The notes under the pieces: model-generated
The model's input: only the letters and a program-made list of their open reading frames with translations
Database searches by the model: none
What the model was told of the DNA's origin: nothing
NCBI RefSeq assembly: GCF_009834535.1
Contig: NC_045697.1
Coordinates: forward strand, 56,546,001-56,610,000
DNA from: Camelus ferus
Lineage: Eukaryota
Direction: 5' to 3'
Length of the DNA stretch: 64,000 nucleotides
Part shown: in pieces, positions 1 to 13,427 of the stretch
Position numbering within the stretch: the stretch's first letter is position 1
How the letters are laid out: each line of letters starts with the position of its first letter
Position numbers and translations under genes: made by a program

Positions 1-277
1 CTCCTCCCACATAAGGAGTTCTTAAGGGAGATATACATGGTTAACTGGGGTAATTAACTCATCACTAAGCTAGAGCCTGATAAACCCAAATGCAAAAAAT
101 GGGTAAAGATTTACCAGAGCACTTGGTTTAGGTGAGTGAGAGAAGAATGTCCCTCCGCTTATCTCCAAACCCAAGTCTTTTTAATCATGCTTTGTGTAGC
201 TCCATGCTATAAAATTTATCTATCAATGGTTATCACATATACACATACATATAAAGAGCTGGGGAAATTAACATTGT

Positions 278-547
278 CAAATATTTGAGTTTGTTTATTC
301 CTCTGAAGACTTCTAGTAATGTGGAATTAGAAGAAAGAAAACCACATATACGCAGATGAACATTTTAAAGAATGACCACACTGCCCATGAATAATCATGA
401 TCGAATCAATGACAAATATTTGAGTTTGTTTATTCCTCTGAAGACTACTAGTAATGTGGAATTAGAAGAAAGAAAACCACATATACACAGATGAACATTT
501 TAAAGAATGACCACACTGCCCATTAATAATCGTGATTGAATCAATGA
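278..547. repeat. 135-bp head-to-tail tandem duplication (2 copies)
   Basis: CAAATATTTGAGTTTG...GAATCAATGA at 278-412 and again at 413-547; 5 mismatches counted by eye. Confidence 0.97.
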
Positions 548-894
548 CTTCTGAACACGAACAATTCTATCAGTCATTTCTCTTCCCTGGATAATGGTTT
601 AGAAAGATAATGAGAAAGGAGCTAGAACTTCTTTCCACTATAATATTAAACAGTTATATAACACAGTATAAAATCTTTAATAAAATACACATATTTTAAA
701 AAGCTACAGCAATTAGGGAGGGTAGTATCAGTGGCAGAAGTTTTTGGATAGGAATATGAGGTTACTTTAATTCTTGCTTTAATTTAGTGTTTGTACAATA
801 CCCAAATTAAGTTTTAACCAGGGGGAATTTTTAGCCAGTGTTTATCTCTTTTTTGGTTTTTGTGTTTGACTTTCCTCTTAAACACTCTGAGATT

Positions 895-968
895 TAGAGG
901 TTTTCTCCATTTTATAGACAAAGATATTGAGCTAGGGTAAGATTCGGTAACTTACCTAGGCATCAGAG
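895..968 (-). mobile_element. MIR SINE fragment
   Basis: CTCCATTTTATAGACAAAGATATTGAG...GGTAACTTACCTAGG resembles the reverse MIR core. Confidence 0.55.
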
Positions 969-2749
969 TTGTTCTTTGGCTTAGGAAAAAAAGTAGATAA
1001 ATGTAATCAGTACTTAATATACTGATTGGCTCCAAAATATTGAAAATTAAATGAGTAAAATATGTACACTCCCAGGAGTTATGGTCTTGGACTGCTGAAA
1101 GGTTGGGATGTCAGAAGGATTTAGTAAGACAGGAGACAGTTAATGGATATTGTTATTTAGATGAGAATCCAAAGCTCTATTTAATCATTTTAAGGTTTTA
1201 TAAATCATTGCAACATGTAATTTTCTTAATTCATTTATGTGAACTTCTATATGCAGCTTCTTTATATAATTTATGTGCATTTATATTTATTTCATTCATA
1301 CAAACCACCAGAGTCTTAGAAAAACAGGAGGAAAAAAAAATCACATTTTCTTTGCACAGTGTTGGGAAGGACTGATTTGAGAGTGAAATTAATTTGAAGC
1401 ACGTTATGCTTTTCTGATCCAGTGGTGAATTCAAGAATGATAGTGTTCGAAATTTCTGCTTCTCCCTTTTACCTATCTTTGTTACCAGATCTGGTCTCAG
1501 ATGGAAAGAGAAGAGAAATAATGGATTTTTTGAGAACTGAAGAGTATTGGGTTGGCAAATGTGTTTATGTGTTTATGATGAAGAAGGAAACACTTAAAGG
1601 GAACACGGAACTCAGATCAGGACAAGAAGAAAAGCATGAGAAATGCATGTTTGGCTTTGTCCTTATATATTTGCAAAACATAATATATAAGTTCAGATAG
1701 CAAAGGCTGTAAGATTTCTCTAACATCTTTAATTGGTCACATCTATTTCACTGATGAAGCTAGGGAAATTAGGAATGCACCATTTTTGTGACCTCAGAAA
1801 TAATGTTTTTCCTTTCATGTCTTCATTTCCTATACTGGATAGGCTTATGCAAGCTTATCAGCCAAATATTATATTGTACATTTAAAAGCAGGGCCTCTTT
1901 CTTAGCAATAAATCAAATAATCCCATGCCTTTGATGGTCCAGAGTGTGAGAATGTCACAGCTTCCTATTTATAAGAGGTCATTTGAAATCTTTTTCAGAT
2001 GGCTAATTACAAGTATGGTGAACTTGTAGCCATAGTTTTTCTTCAGATGCATAACAAGTAGTTGATGTGTCACTTCTGTTTTCTTTGAGGTCATGGATCA
2101 CTGGGAAATTAATTGAGTAGGAAAATTACCATTTATTCAACAAACTTACTTGGGAAAAGTTATTTCAAGTTTCATTGTCTGATGTAAGAGCTGTTCGATT
2201 AAGACACTGTTTCTTCTTGCAATAAGTATGGAAAAACTACTCCTTATGAAGTGGGTCAGACAGTGATCACAGTTTTTTGACAGGTCGTAATTTTACCTGA
2301 ATAATATCAGTAATAAAAACTGCTATTACATTTTCAATATATAATAATTGGCATTTTAAAACCACAAAATGATGAATGCTTCCCATGTCCAGTGTCTTGC
2401 AGTGCAATCCTGTGAAGCGAAGTAGGATGATACTTAAATATAAAGTACTAGTATTTCAGCTACCCACTAACTCTTTGTACAGGGACAATTTAATAGAGGA
2501 TATTCACCAATAATATGAAGCCAAACAATTTGATAGACTGATTGTTTTAATTAATTAACTGATTAATTAACTTTATCCTTTTCAGCCAGGCTGATTTAAT
2601 TATGTAGTCATAACCATAAGTCATTATGGAAACCAGAGATATTTACAGTGTTTTTGGTGAGGTGAGAGATAGGATATATAATAATTAAATGATTTTCAAA
2701 AAATATAATTTTTTAAGTAAAAAAGATATTTCAGGATTGTCGTACTAGA

Positions 2750-3101
2750 GATATAGGGGATATTTTTGGTTCCCAGCCAAGTTTCTGTGGGCATCAGATC
2801 CTAACAGCTTACAGCTGACTCCTTCTCTGAAGACTGAGTGGCTGAATGCTGACTGGGAGTCAGGCCATCAGTAAGTTGCATACCCGACCTCAGACAGTCT
2901 GCCACCAATGACTGACTCTCAAGGGTTCCAGCAAGCCAGACCCTGTTGGCTCAAGGGATCAGCTCTGTGGTGCAATTCATGCTCAAGAGCTCCCTGGGGA
3001 ATTAGGCTACAGCTGCAGTCTCTGAGACACATTTTATATTCCCTTTCTCTTGAGAGTATTCCCTCAGTAGGTTTTGCCTCTAGGGAATACAATTTGAAAC
3101 A
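2750..3101 (+). mobile_element. ERVL solo LTR, LTR16-like
   Basis: CTCTGTGGTGCAATTCATGCTCAAGAGCTCCCTGGGGAATTAGGCT block typical of LTR16; ends ...CTAGGGAATACAATTTGAAACA. Confidence 0.7.
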
Positions 3102-3694
3102 ATGTGCTTAATCAATTATTGCTGCAAATAAAAATAGAATTTGTTTAAAGTGTCTAGTTCTGAATGCATATAATGTTTCTTTCTTAAGAATGATAGTGAA
3201 TCTTAAAATATGAGTTTGGGTTTACATACTAAACTGGCTTGCCTGTTTTCCCTTGGTTTTTAACTAACTCAGCAGTATACACTCATTTTGTGTTTTGATA
3301 CTGTTTTCATTTTTTTCATTTGAGCAAAAACTACTGAGCATGTAGGTTTATTTAATGTTTGTTTCTAATGATACCATTATGGAAGCCAAAAATCAAGGGG
3401 TTTTTAGAAGCTGTCCGGAACACATCCTTATTCCTAGTAAGTACTGAAATAATATCCTTTATAAAGTTATGATAATATTATCAAAAGTAGATTTTCCTCT
3501 ATTAGGAATCCTTATGTCTTACTAGTCACAAATATTTCTCTCGAAGCCAGAAGTCTGTGAACCACAATATGTAGAGAATCTTATGGATATAAAGAAATTA
3601 CATCTACAGCATCCTTGACAGTTCTTCACACATCTTCTGTTTGAAATTTCCAGTAATATGGAAAGAATCTCCCTACTATTCTATTAATGAGTTT

Positions 3695-3811
3695 TATGGT
3701 TAAGAATATAGGTTTGGCTGATTCTATACCTTTTAACATATGAGACTTTAAACAAGTTAATTACATGTGACTTATTTTTTAAATCTTCAGAAGGAGGAAA
3801 ATAATACCACC
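3695..3811 (+). mobile_element. MIR 5' part, interrupted by MLT1
   Basis: GGTTAAGAATATAGG...GAGACTTTAAACAAGTTAATT...AAAATAATACCACC, degraded MIR body. Confidence 0.45.
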
Positions 3812-4332
3812 TGTGTTAGATTGAAAAATGTGCCCCCCAAATATCTAAAGCCTCATCCTCAGAAGCTATAAATGTTACTCTATATGGCAAAAGGGACTTC
3901 ACAGATATGATTAAATTAATAAATGAGATAAAATAAGTAAGCATCTTGGGATGGGACAATTATCCTGTATTATCCCCGTGGGCCCAAAATGTAATTACAA
4001 TTGTCCACATAAAAAGGAGACAGAGAGATTTTTGACTACAGAAGATGGGAAGGTAATGTGATGGCAGAAGCAGAGACTGGATTAGTGCACGATGAAGAAG
4101 GAGGAAGGGGCCACAAGCCAAGGACTAATGGCAACCATACAAACCGAAAAATGTGGAAAAACGGACTAACCTCTCAAAGCTTCCACTAGCAAACAGCCCT
4201 GCCAACAATTTATCCTAGTGAAATTGATGTCAGACAGAATTCTGACTTCCAGACTGTAAGAGAATAAAGTTGTGTTGTTTCAAGTCACTAAAGTTGTCAT
4301 AATTCGTTAACAATGGCAACAGGAAACTAACA
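3812..4332 (+). mobile_element. MaLR solo LTR (MLT1D/C-like)
   Basis: TGTG start, AATGTTACTCTATATGGCAAAAGGGACTTCACAGAT, AGAATAAAGTTGTGTTGTTTCAAG, ends GGAAACTAACA. Confidence 0.9.
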
Positions 4333-4440
4333 TAGGACTACCCATTTTTAAGTTGCACTTAAATAACACAGAGCAATATAGCCCGAGAACTATGGCTATG
4401 ATAGTCAGTACTCATCGGGTATTAGAGGGAATGCCTTCCC

Positions 4441-5035
4441 TGTTGTGGGACACAGCGGTGAACTGGGCTGGTAAAAGAATTTACCAAAGGCAAAGGATGA
4501 TAATAGGAAAGAAGTTTATTAGGTTATGCTGCCATAGACAACAGCGGGCCACACAGACAGAGGTGCCGTGTGAGCACGGGGGGTGGCCTGCAGCGACTTT
4601 TACTAGGGGGAGGTGGCTGTGCACACAAGAAGTGGGGTGTGCAAGATCAATTCATGCACAGATACCTGATTGGTTGTAAGATCTGTCAGGAACTTCTCTG
4701 AATAATGGGATTTACAACTCTGATAAGCGCAGGATGTTAGACCTGTCTGCCCAGGGTATTGTGAGTGGGCTATTTCCTGGGGTCAAGGGTTTTGTTATGG
4801 TAAACACACATCAAGAGATTTTTTTTTATCCTGCAGAAATGCAGGTATGCTGAGTGGTCCTGCAGTGGGGCGTGGGGGTTAAGGTGTCAATGGCTCCAGG
4901 CACACACAGAGCCCAGGGGTGGGTTTTTTTGTGAACTTCAGAGAGGCTTCAGAGAGTGCCAGTAGACTCCACATACCCTTCATCCTGTATGACAGAATTT
5001 TGGATATTTGGTGCCCTATTTGTTCCCTCTCAACA
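4441..5035 (-). mobile_element. ERV1-like solo LTR, family unassigned
   Basis: TGTTG...CAACA terminal inverted ends; on the minus strand CCAAT (4669-4673), TATA-like (~4600) and AATAAA (4515-4520) occur in LTR order; GC/CpG richer than flanks. Confidence 0.75.
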
Positions 5036-6850
5036 CTTAGTCCATCAGGGCAGAACCCTCTGCCACTACTGATGCAACAGAGCATCTGCGCACAAAAATA
5101 ACAACTCAAATGTGAAATGAAGTGCTGAACTACCAGTATTTCAAGAAAATCATAGAGACATATTTATTGTTTATCCATATATAAACATATGCTTGACACC
5201 ATAAGGAAAAGCACAAGATTACATTAAAAGTGTGCAGTGGTTAATGCCATTATTCTAGATCTCATGTAAACCCTTTATGCTGATCTTTAATTAAGTCTTA
5301 GTTAAAATATGACTTCACTCAACCAGGCTTAAAGGGGTTGCGTTTATCAAATAAATAAATACATTTATAAATAAGTCAATAAAAATGTATTTAAACGTTC
5401 AAAGAACTAAATGCTATTGATGTTGACTGCCAAACTGAACAAAAACTGTGTATTTTTAAATCTTTACTTTGTAACTCTTGTTAAATGAAAGAAAAATATT
5501 AACAAAAGACAATTATATAAAAATGGCATTTTTTGATATAGGTAAAATAAGCCATGTCAAATCTGCCCCTTTATTTTGTCTGGGATACACTTATGTCTTT
5601 TCCCTGAAGAATGAGCAAAACTGAATGAACCCATTTTTATAGTTCTTCTATTTGGTAATATCACACCTCTGGATTCAGGGATAGTGAGACGTGATGATGT
5701 GCACAAGAGTTTAGAATCTTATAATTTGTAGTAACAAAATGCTTAGTAACCTACACTTTCTCAATGGAAGTTTAAATGCACAAATTGCAAAATATTCTAA
5801 GTATCTAGCGAGAGAAAACATACATGATGGAGAAAGGGAAGATGCAGAAATCAGCACTTGCTACCTAAAATAAATCTAATATTAACTCTGTGATATGTAT
5901 GAGCTTTTAAATCCCTCAGAAAAATGAAAAAGCATGCATTAAAAACAGGAAATATCATTGCTTCCAATTTCAAATATACATGAGCATATAGACTCTCCAG
6001 GGAAAATGAATTAGGAAATGTCATTCTAAGCAAGCTACATATGAACATTCCATTTCTACTTAACACATAAATGAGGAAAATTTGCATTCTCTGTCAATCT
6101 AGCTCAGTGAGTGGCTGGGCCTGTCTCAGCGGCGGTAATCATGTGAGGAGGACCATTTAGATGCAACATTTACTTTAGCACAGGTTTGGTTCCACATTCA
6201 GGTTTTGCTCCAGATGGGCTGTCTCCACGTGTACATAGGTCTGCCTCTTAATTCAACTGCTGAAATTAAGGACAATCTCTGCAAGAGTACTTGGGTAATC
6301 AGAGAGCCAGCAAGAGCGGAAGTGGGTATCTTGGAAGCCTTTTCCCTTCTACTTGCTTTCTAGTGCCTGGGTACTTTGCAAGGAACCTGCTTTATTTTGC
6401 AACCAAATCTGACAAATGCAGCTTCAGAGTGAACTATCTCTGCCCATGGCCATAGTATCAGCACAGGTGATTCACAGATCATTCTGGTTTGAATGTTAAG
6501 AATTTCCAGTAAGCCATCAAAGGATATGTGTGGATTGTTAAGAAGCATCAAATAACCAGCTGAGTTTCCTGAGGTACAATACCTCAAGTGAATGTTTTCA
6601 CTTTAGACTTTTCAAAGAAATCCTCAGGGGAGAAATGAAAGCATCCTTGGATTTGGGGTGCTAGACTAGCCCCTCATGCTCTGAAAAGAAGATGAAGAAA
6701 TCTAATATATTAAGATCGCTATCCAGAAGTGGAAGATAAATCACAATGAAAATAATACTTTAAAACAATTCATGGTTAGATAATAAGCAATTGCTACAGA
6801 AAATACTGCTCTGAGTTTGAGAATATGACAGATTAATTTGGAGTACGATC

Positions 6851-7300
6851 TGTGGTAGGCATAATGATGGTTACCCCAAAATATCCAAGTCTTAATATTA
6901 AGCCTGTAAATATGTTGTTACCTGGCAAAGGAGAATTAAGGTTGCTAAGCAGATAACCTTAAGATAACCTGGGTTATTCAATGGATGTAATAGAATCATA
7001 AGGATCATGTAAAGTGAGATTGTGGAATCAAAGACAGATGTGGAGACCCTACCCTGCTGGTTTCAAAGTTGGAGAGAGGGGCCACCAGCAAGGATGCAGG
7101 CAGCTCAAGGATCTAGAAAAGGCAGGACAATGAAATCTCCCCTAGACCTTCCAGAAGGAACACAAGCTGAGGGACACCTTTTCTTTTTAGACCATTGAGA
7201 CTCATTTCAGACTTCTGATCTTCAAAACAGTAAGATGTTAAATTTGTGTTAAGCCACTAAGTTTATGGTAATTTGTTACAGCAGCAATGAGAAACTAACA
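6851..7300 (+). mobile_element. MaLR solo LTR (MLT1D-like)
   Basis: TGTGGTAGGCATAATGATGG...CCCCAAAATATCC start; AAGCCACTAAGTTTATGGTAATTTGTTACAGCAGCAATGAGAAACTAACA end. Confidence 0.9.
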
Positions 7301-8039
7301 AAGGGTCCTAGAATAAGCACATAGGAAAGGAGTATAAATGTCCAATGTATATTTAGTTAGAATCAGAATTTTCGCTGATTACAGGATTTGTGGAGGGATG
7401 TCGCGAGAAATTAGGTGTGAACATATATGTTGGATCCCTTTTGAAAATGAAGCTGAGATCTTTGATGTCTTTCAAGTGCTCCTGGAGAATAGGATGAGCT
7501 ACCAAGATATCCTACTTACACTGTCCTCTATGGATATGCTTCACTGCAGACCTACTTGCTTTCATAGCCTTTCTTTTTCCTTAGTGCAATCTATACAATT
7601 TCGCCTGGCCCTCTATGCTCTAACATTTTAATTTGAGTCAACTTTTATTTCTTTCCCTGGTCATTCATGGAAAATATTTTGTCTTGCCCACCTAAAGGAT
7701 GTCAGGAAAGAAAAAGACTTAAAAAAAACCAACAACTCTATATGCATTAACTATTATGTGTATGTGACAATAACCCAATACTTTGGAATCATATACACAT
7801 AGTAATTGTTAATACATATGGATTTTTTAAAAAGCCTACTTCTGTCTCTACATCCTCTAGATTTTATATGGGAAAACAAACAATTATGTGGATTATAATG
7901 GAAGATCTTTGAGTTTATTTCAGGCTAAAAACAAGTATTTCACTAAGTTTTGCCTAGATTTCCCTGCATTTATATAGAGGACACAACACTTTTCTGTTTA
8001 CAATTAATATTTATTATAGTAATTTATAAGATACAAACT

Positions 8040-8190
8040 GTTTCTATATTTACTATCTCATTTAATCCTCAAGACAACCTGAAAAATTATATATTTCTAT
8101 GATCATGTTCATAGATTGGGCAAGTTTCAATCTGGCACCAAAGACCCGAGCAGGATTCAAACCTGAATATCCTGTCTCCACATTCTTCAC
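8040..8190 (-). mobile_element. MIR SINE fragment
   Basis: TCTCATTTAATCCTCAAGACAACC...AGGATTCAAACCTG. Confidence 0.6.
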
Positions 8191-8402
8191 TCTCATAAGC
8201 TGTTTTACAGCAATATCCCAGGAAGTATTTATTTCTTGGAGTCTAGAAGTGAAGATATAAAATAGGTCCTGAGCATACTGCCTGTGGGATAAAGTTTGTA
8301 GTTAAGAAGCATGGATGAGAAAGTGGTTGAGAGGTAGACTGTTTTGTTTCCTACTTCCCTTTGCCTCTGGCAATTTGCTACTTTGGCTCTTCCCCAGAAC
8401 TG

Positions 8403-8428
8403 GTGTGTGTGTGTGTGTGTGTGTGTGT
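8403..8428. repeat. (GT)n microsatellite
   Basis: about 13 GT units. Confidence 0.97.
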
Positions 8429-11400
8429 TTGCGCCCACGAGTACAGCTGGAGCAGGGAAGAGATGAATATTCCGGGTGGGATAAAGGTTATTCCTATGGA
8501 TTCCAGATTGGTCACACTTCAGAATACATTCATCTCCTACTGGGGTACTTGATGAAGTGCCAGGAATTTGTAAAGGAAGGAAGGAGGGAAGGAAGGAAGG
8601 ACATAGGCTAACACTATAACAGAATGAGAAAAAAAATTTTCCAAATAATTCAATTACCGCATTATGAGATCACTTATTGATCTAACATTTTGTAAGAGTT
8701 TTTGTTTTAAAATTCCTTCAGTGAAGGGATGTAAAACTCCAACTCCAACAGTATCTCTAATATACTTTGAGCCTGAAAATGTTGCAACTTACAGCTAATC
8801 ATTTTTTGATTTATGTATTTAATATAGTTATAGCTTAGCATGCAGTAATGTGATGAGATAATTTAAGTGAAATATATGAGAGAGCATTCTATTCTGATTC
8901 AAGTATCAGAGACTAATTTCATGGAGTAGGAAGCACAGAAGAGTTTAAATAATCAGTACTTAGAAATGAATACATAATAATAGGAAAAATTGTATCATCA
9001 AGACATAAATATTGTGCATACACAAGAAGTTAAAATTATATTCCACTACAAAAGGGAGACTGAACTAGTCTGCTATACTTGAAAAATAATAAAATTTTTA
9101 TTTACTAGAATAAAGAAGTTTTATTATTTAAATAGTACTGTAAGCAGTAGTAGGTGTATGGCTTCTGCTTTTAGCTTGATGAGTCTTTTCGTTTTCTTCA
9201 TAGTAATTTTTTGCCCTTTTACTATTAAAATTATATTCTGAAAGTCTTGAATTCCACACTTCTCACCAGTTTGGGGAGCAAAGTAGGCTATAAATCACTG
9301 CTATGCAAAACAATTTTTCTTAATTCAATTTTCTTCTTCTTAGAACCCATTCGTAATTAGATTAGTGGACTGTTGTGCTCTGGAATAAGTATATGACTAT
9401 ACTGCTTAGCCTAAATTGTCTTGACAACAAATTTGTAGAACTGGGACACAGTTAAATTGGGTTTGTTCGAATACCAGACGCTTGAATCTTGGAATATCAA
9501 CTACCCTCCAGTCATTTCCTAAGCCATTTGAGCATGATCACAGGAAATTCATCATCATTTCCCAAAAAAGAGGTGGCTTAAGCTGCATGGTAGACCGTCT
9601 GTGCCTTATTTATTTTGCCACATGAGTCTCTGAGATACAGATGCTCTCTTCTGGTTACTCTTGGAAATATCACTCAGAATCCGCAACTTAGTAGTCAGAG
9701 CCTCACAACAGCAAGCTCTCACAGAAACCACAGAGCTAAAAGACAACCCTATGTCTCCTTAAACATATGAGCTTGAAAACAGTTACTGAATAGCATTCCT
9801 ATTTATGGCTCCATTGGGAGTGCCATCAGCTTAATTATGCATGGTCTCAACAGATGTCTGCATTAAAACGCTGAGGTCTCTTAATTCTTATTTTTTTAAG
9901 TTCATGTAAAGGAAACTCACATGAATATGTTCCTGAATACATGAATATGTTGGTTTTCTAACTCAGAGAAGGTGGAAATTTAAAAACCTTACCACTTCTT
10001 TTTGTGATTTTTCTGATATGGTACATATAATAAAATCTTACTACCAACTTTAGTATTTCCTAATCTGTGACAATTAAATCATGTAGTAGCCTAGTATTAA
10101 ACATAGCATCATGAATGAAATACAGGTTTTAAAACTATGATATGTAACCAAGTAGTGGTATAAAAGGTTGACCAAGAAAATATTTAACCCTTTCAAAGAA
10201 ATACACTAATATCAAGTTCTCTAAAATCATCTATTTTCATAAAGTTTAACTAAATTTACATTGTACAGTAATTACAGATTATGCCTACCTTTTCAGTAAA
10301 ACAGGTCTCACAGGACTCCAATATAAAAGCTTTCTGTTGTAACTTTAGTTTAAACTATTGTTTTAAAACAACTCCACAGTTAAGGCTGGCAGTTTCTTAA
10401 AAAAGTGTTATCTTGTTTACATTTACTTGTTTTTAACTTTTCCGTATTAAATATTTCAAAGTATATCCTATCAAATCAGGAAATATCAACACTGTTTATA
10501 CTTACTAGGGAGAATATTAAGAATGGGAAATATGATAATGGCTTCGGTTGAGAGTAAAAAGAAACACTAATACAGAATTGAAGAATTGAGGTTTTCTGAA
10601 TAATTACAATTGCAATTCATTATGTAGGACATGTATCAGGAAGAAATCAACTAGATTTTCTGACTCACTAAGTTTGTTTAATGAAAATAGGGAGAATAAA
10701 TTTGGCATAAAAGTTGAAGAATTGTTTTTCCCTCATTACAAATGTCCATCAATATGGCCTAAAAATATTTATCTTCCACACAGGTAGCAAGACTAATCGC
10801 CTATAGTTTGATGGAATTTTTTATCTCATTGCTTTTTCTTAATTGGCAGTGAAGCACTGACAATGTAGAGCTGAACTCTAGGACAATGCTGTCCTTTAAT
10901 GAAGTTTTTGTTCTTTTTCTCTGACATTGTTTTTCTGAACCAAAGTTTCTCTTGAAAAATTAATCATAGCACTGTTATTGATTTTGTTTGTTTCTTATTA
11001 ATTGGACCCAATTTCTAATTCACGATATACAAATACTTTCATTGCTTTCCATATTTAAAATGGTCATTTAATTATTTTTGCCATCTTCTTTATTACAAAA
11101 TAAAGATGTTGCTTTAAACTAACTTTACACACTACTATCAAAAATTTAGATATAAAAGACGACATGTTTTCTTGTTCCACAAAATTACCATGATCTAAAT
11201 CTTTTTTTCTTCTCTTTTTAAAATCGGTGACACTAAGATAATCTTAATTTGTAATCAAGCAGATGCACTTTGACTCTTAAAAAATATGTCTGGACAAACT
11301 AAAGGAAGAATGCAACAAATTAAAAACAAAACTCAAGAATAATAAACCAAACTGTGCCTTGCCAAAGAAGATGCCATCCATAATAATTAGGTTACAACAT

Positions 11401-11502
11401 CCAAATTTCCTTAGTGAACTTCCATATGTCCATTATTTCTGTATCCCTACTGGCTCCTATCTTCCCTTTCTGCAATGCCATTCTTCTGTTCCACAGTAGG
11501 CT

Positions 11503-12050
11503 TGTTACCCTGAAAGGTAAAGACCCTGGTTTTGTCAAACCCGAAAGACAAGTTTACAGTTGGGAGCCGGTGCTTCGTGTAGTGAAAGATTTTTAAAAAT
11601 TTATTTAACAGAAGGGAAAGTACACCTCCAAGAATCGGAGAACTAACACAAGGGAGGAAAAGCAGCATCTTCTGTCTCCCCTTTCTCTTACACCCTTTCT
11701 TAGAGGTGGCCTCTTAATTGATTGACAGCTCTGTCCCTGGAATGCTTAGTCTCGTTTGGTCCCATTGCGCATGTCTTTACCCATGGTGTACACAGAAAAA
11801 CCCATGGGGTTGGGGGGAGCCTAAACCGCAATGTTAATTATAATACAATGAGCATTGAGTTTTGTCTGGTTAAGTCCTTTCTGCTACCTGGCAGTCACGG
11901 CTGTTGGGTTTTAACCAGTTTCTTGCTGGCACTCATTTAGAAGAGGTAAAATCCCTTTATGCTGGAGGCGGGCATAATGCCATCTTCTAGACCATCCTCC
12001 CTCTCCTCCACCTGTCTGCCTGGTGCCCCCACTTACCTAACTACCTAAAA
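11503..12050 (-). mobile_element. ERV1 (MER4-group-like) solo LTR
   Basis: TGTTA...TAA(A)A ends; 4-bp flanks GGCT/GGTT consistent with a TSD; minus-strand AATAAA at 11600-11605; TGCGCATG and AATTATAATACAATGAGCA motifs. Confidence 0.75.
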
Positions 12051-12590
12051 GGTTCTGTATGCATTTGTTGTGATTCCTGATTATTGACTTGATTATTCCC
12101 CTCAACTCTACTAAAAACAGAATCTGACATTTTCCTGATGTTTCTCTGATGATCATCCCCACTAGGCTTCTGATTTTTATTTTACAAATCTCTAACATTA
12201 AGCATATTTCTTCTTTTTGAACTCTTTCCCTCCTCACTTATTTTTCCCCTGTGTGTTTTGTGTTGAGGGGAAAGGACAGGGTATGAGAGAGAGGGATGTG
12301 GTGTTAAACATTGAATTAAGAACACAACCTTTTATTAAGTTAAAATTGTATCTAAATTACAATTCAACATATCTATCACATATTTACTTACTTTAATATG
12401 CTTTTCTTTGAGCTGTAGTTCTCCTTCCAAATCTGATATTTATAAGGGCATAACACATGATCATTATATGTTTTAGACTATGTTCTACTTCTTTGTGATT
12501 TATCTACAGTATCTCTCTTGATGATTAAGAGACGTATTTTTTTAAATATCCTTTTCAAATGTTTTTTAAAAAAGTATATTGAAAAATAGC

Positions 12591-13080
12591 TGTTCCAGTC
12601 AGAATACGTTTGGTTGCAAGTAATAGAAATCCAAAGAAACTAACTGAAGCAGAAAATGGCATTTGTTGGAAGGATCCTGTGGTGACCCATAGAATTAACA
12701 TAAGATAAGCAGGAATCATCAAGTACTGTCAAGCTTCTCCCTTCCTCAGCAATCTTTCTCTTCTTTTCTCTGCTTGGCTAAATCCTTTCATATTGCAGTT
12801 GAACTTTATCCCTCTCTTAATTTACAGGCATTCCAGGGAAGGTCTGCAACTGGCCTAGACTGAGTCATGAGTCTGCCTGTAAATTAATTTTTCTGACCAC
12901 AGGCACAGATGACATGTTTGACCAGGTCTGGGATATTGGCTCAACCCTATAACTAGATTGTCTCAGCACTATGAACAGAAGGCCTTCAAAAAATATTTAA
13001 TTGGAGGAGACACAGTTTTTTCAAAGAAAGGAGGAGTACCCATTACCATAAAAAAGTGAAAATAATCGTGGAAAGATAAA
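12591..13080 (-). mobile_element. Old MaLR LTR (MLT1J/K/L-like)
   Basis: TTTGGTTGCAAGTAATAGAAATCC terminus; CTGGCCTAGACTGAGTCATG...TGACCACAGG block. Confidence 0.65.
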
Positions 13081-13427
13081 ACCAAATTCAGGTCTTAATA
13101 TCTTAATAGTTCACATTTTATAAAGTCTTTTTGTTTTCAGTAGGTAATAACTGATTAGGGCAGAAAATGAGATTTAGAAAAAGAAGAAGGCGAAGGAAGA
13201 AGATGACTAATAGAATTGTTCTTGTCTTATGTATTCATCAGGTTGGAGATTACTCTTTGAAGAGATGAAATAAAGTTGCTTCTCTGTAGACATTTTCTTG
13301 CCTACTGCACATAGGACTTCAAATATATTTCCACTCCAACTTATCAGAAACAAGGATGACAAAAGAAAATATCAAAAATTCTCTGCCAAAACCACAACCT
13401 TTCTGCACTGAGAGCGTCACAGCTCAC

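Noticed and set aside
278..547. CRISPR-like array
   Set aside because: Two contiguous 135-bp copies with no spacers, in mammalian DNA
1005..1027. Short inverted repeats (also ~20583-20597, ~22385-22407, ~23236-23271)
   Set aside because: 7-9 bp arms are expected by chance in AT-rich DNA and are too short for pre-miRNA
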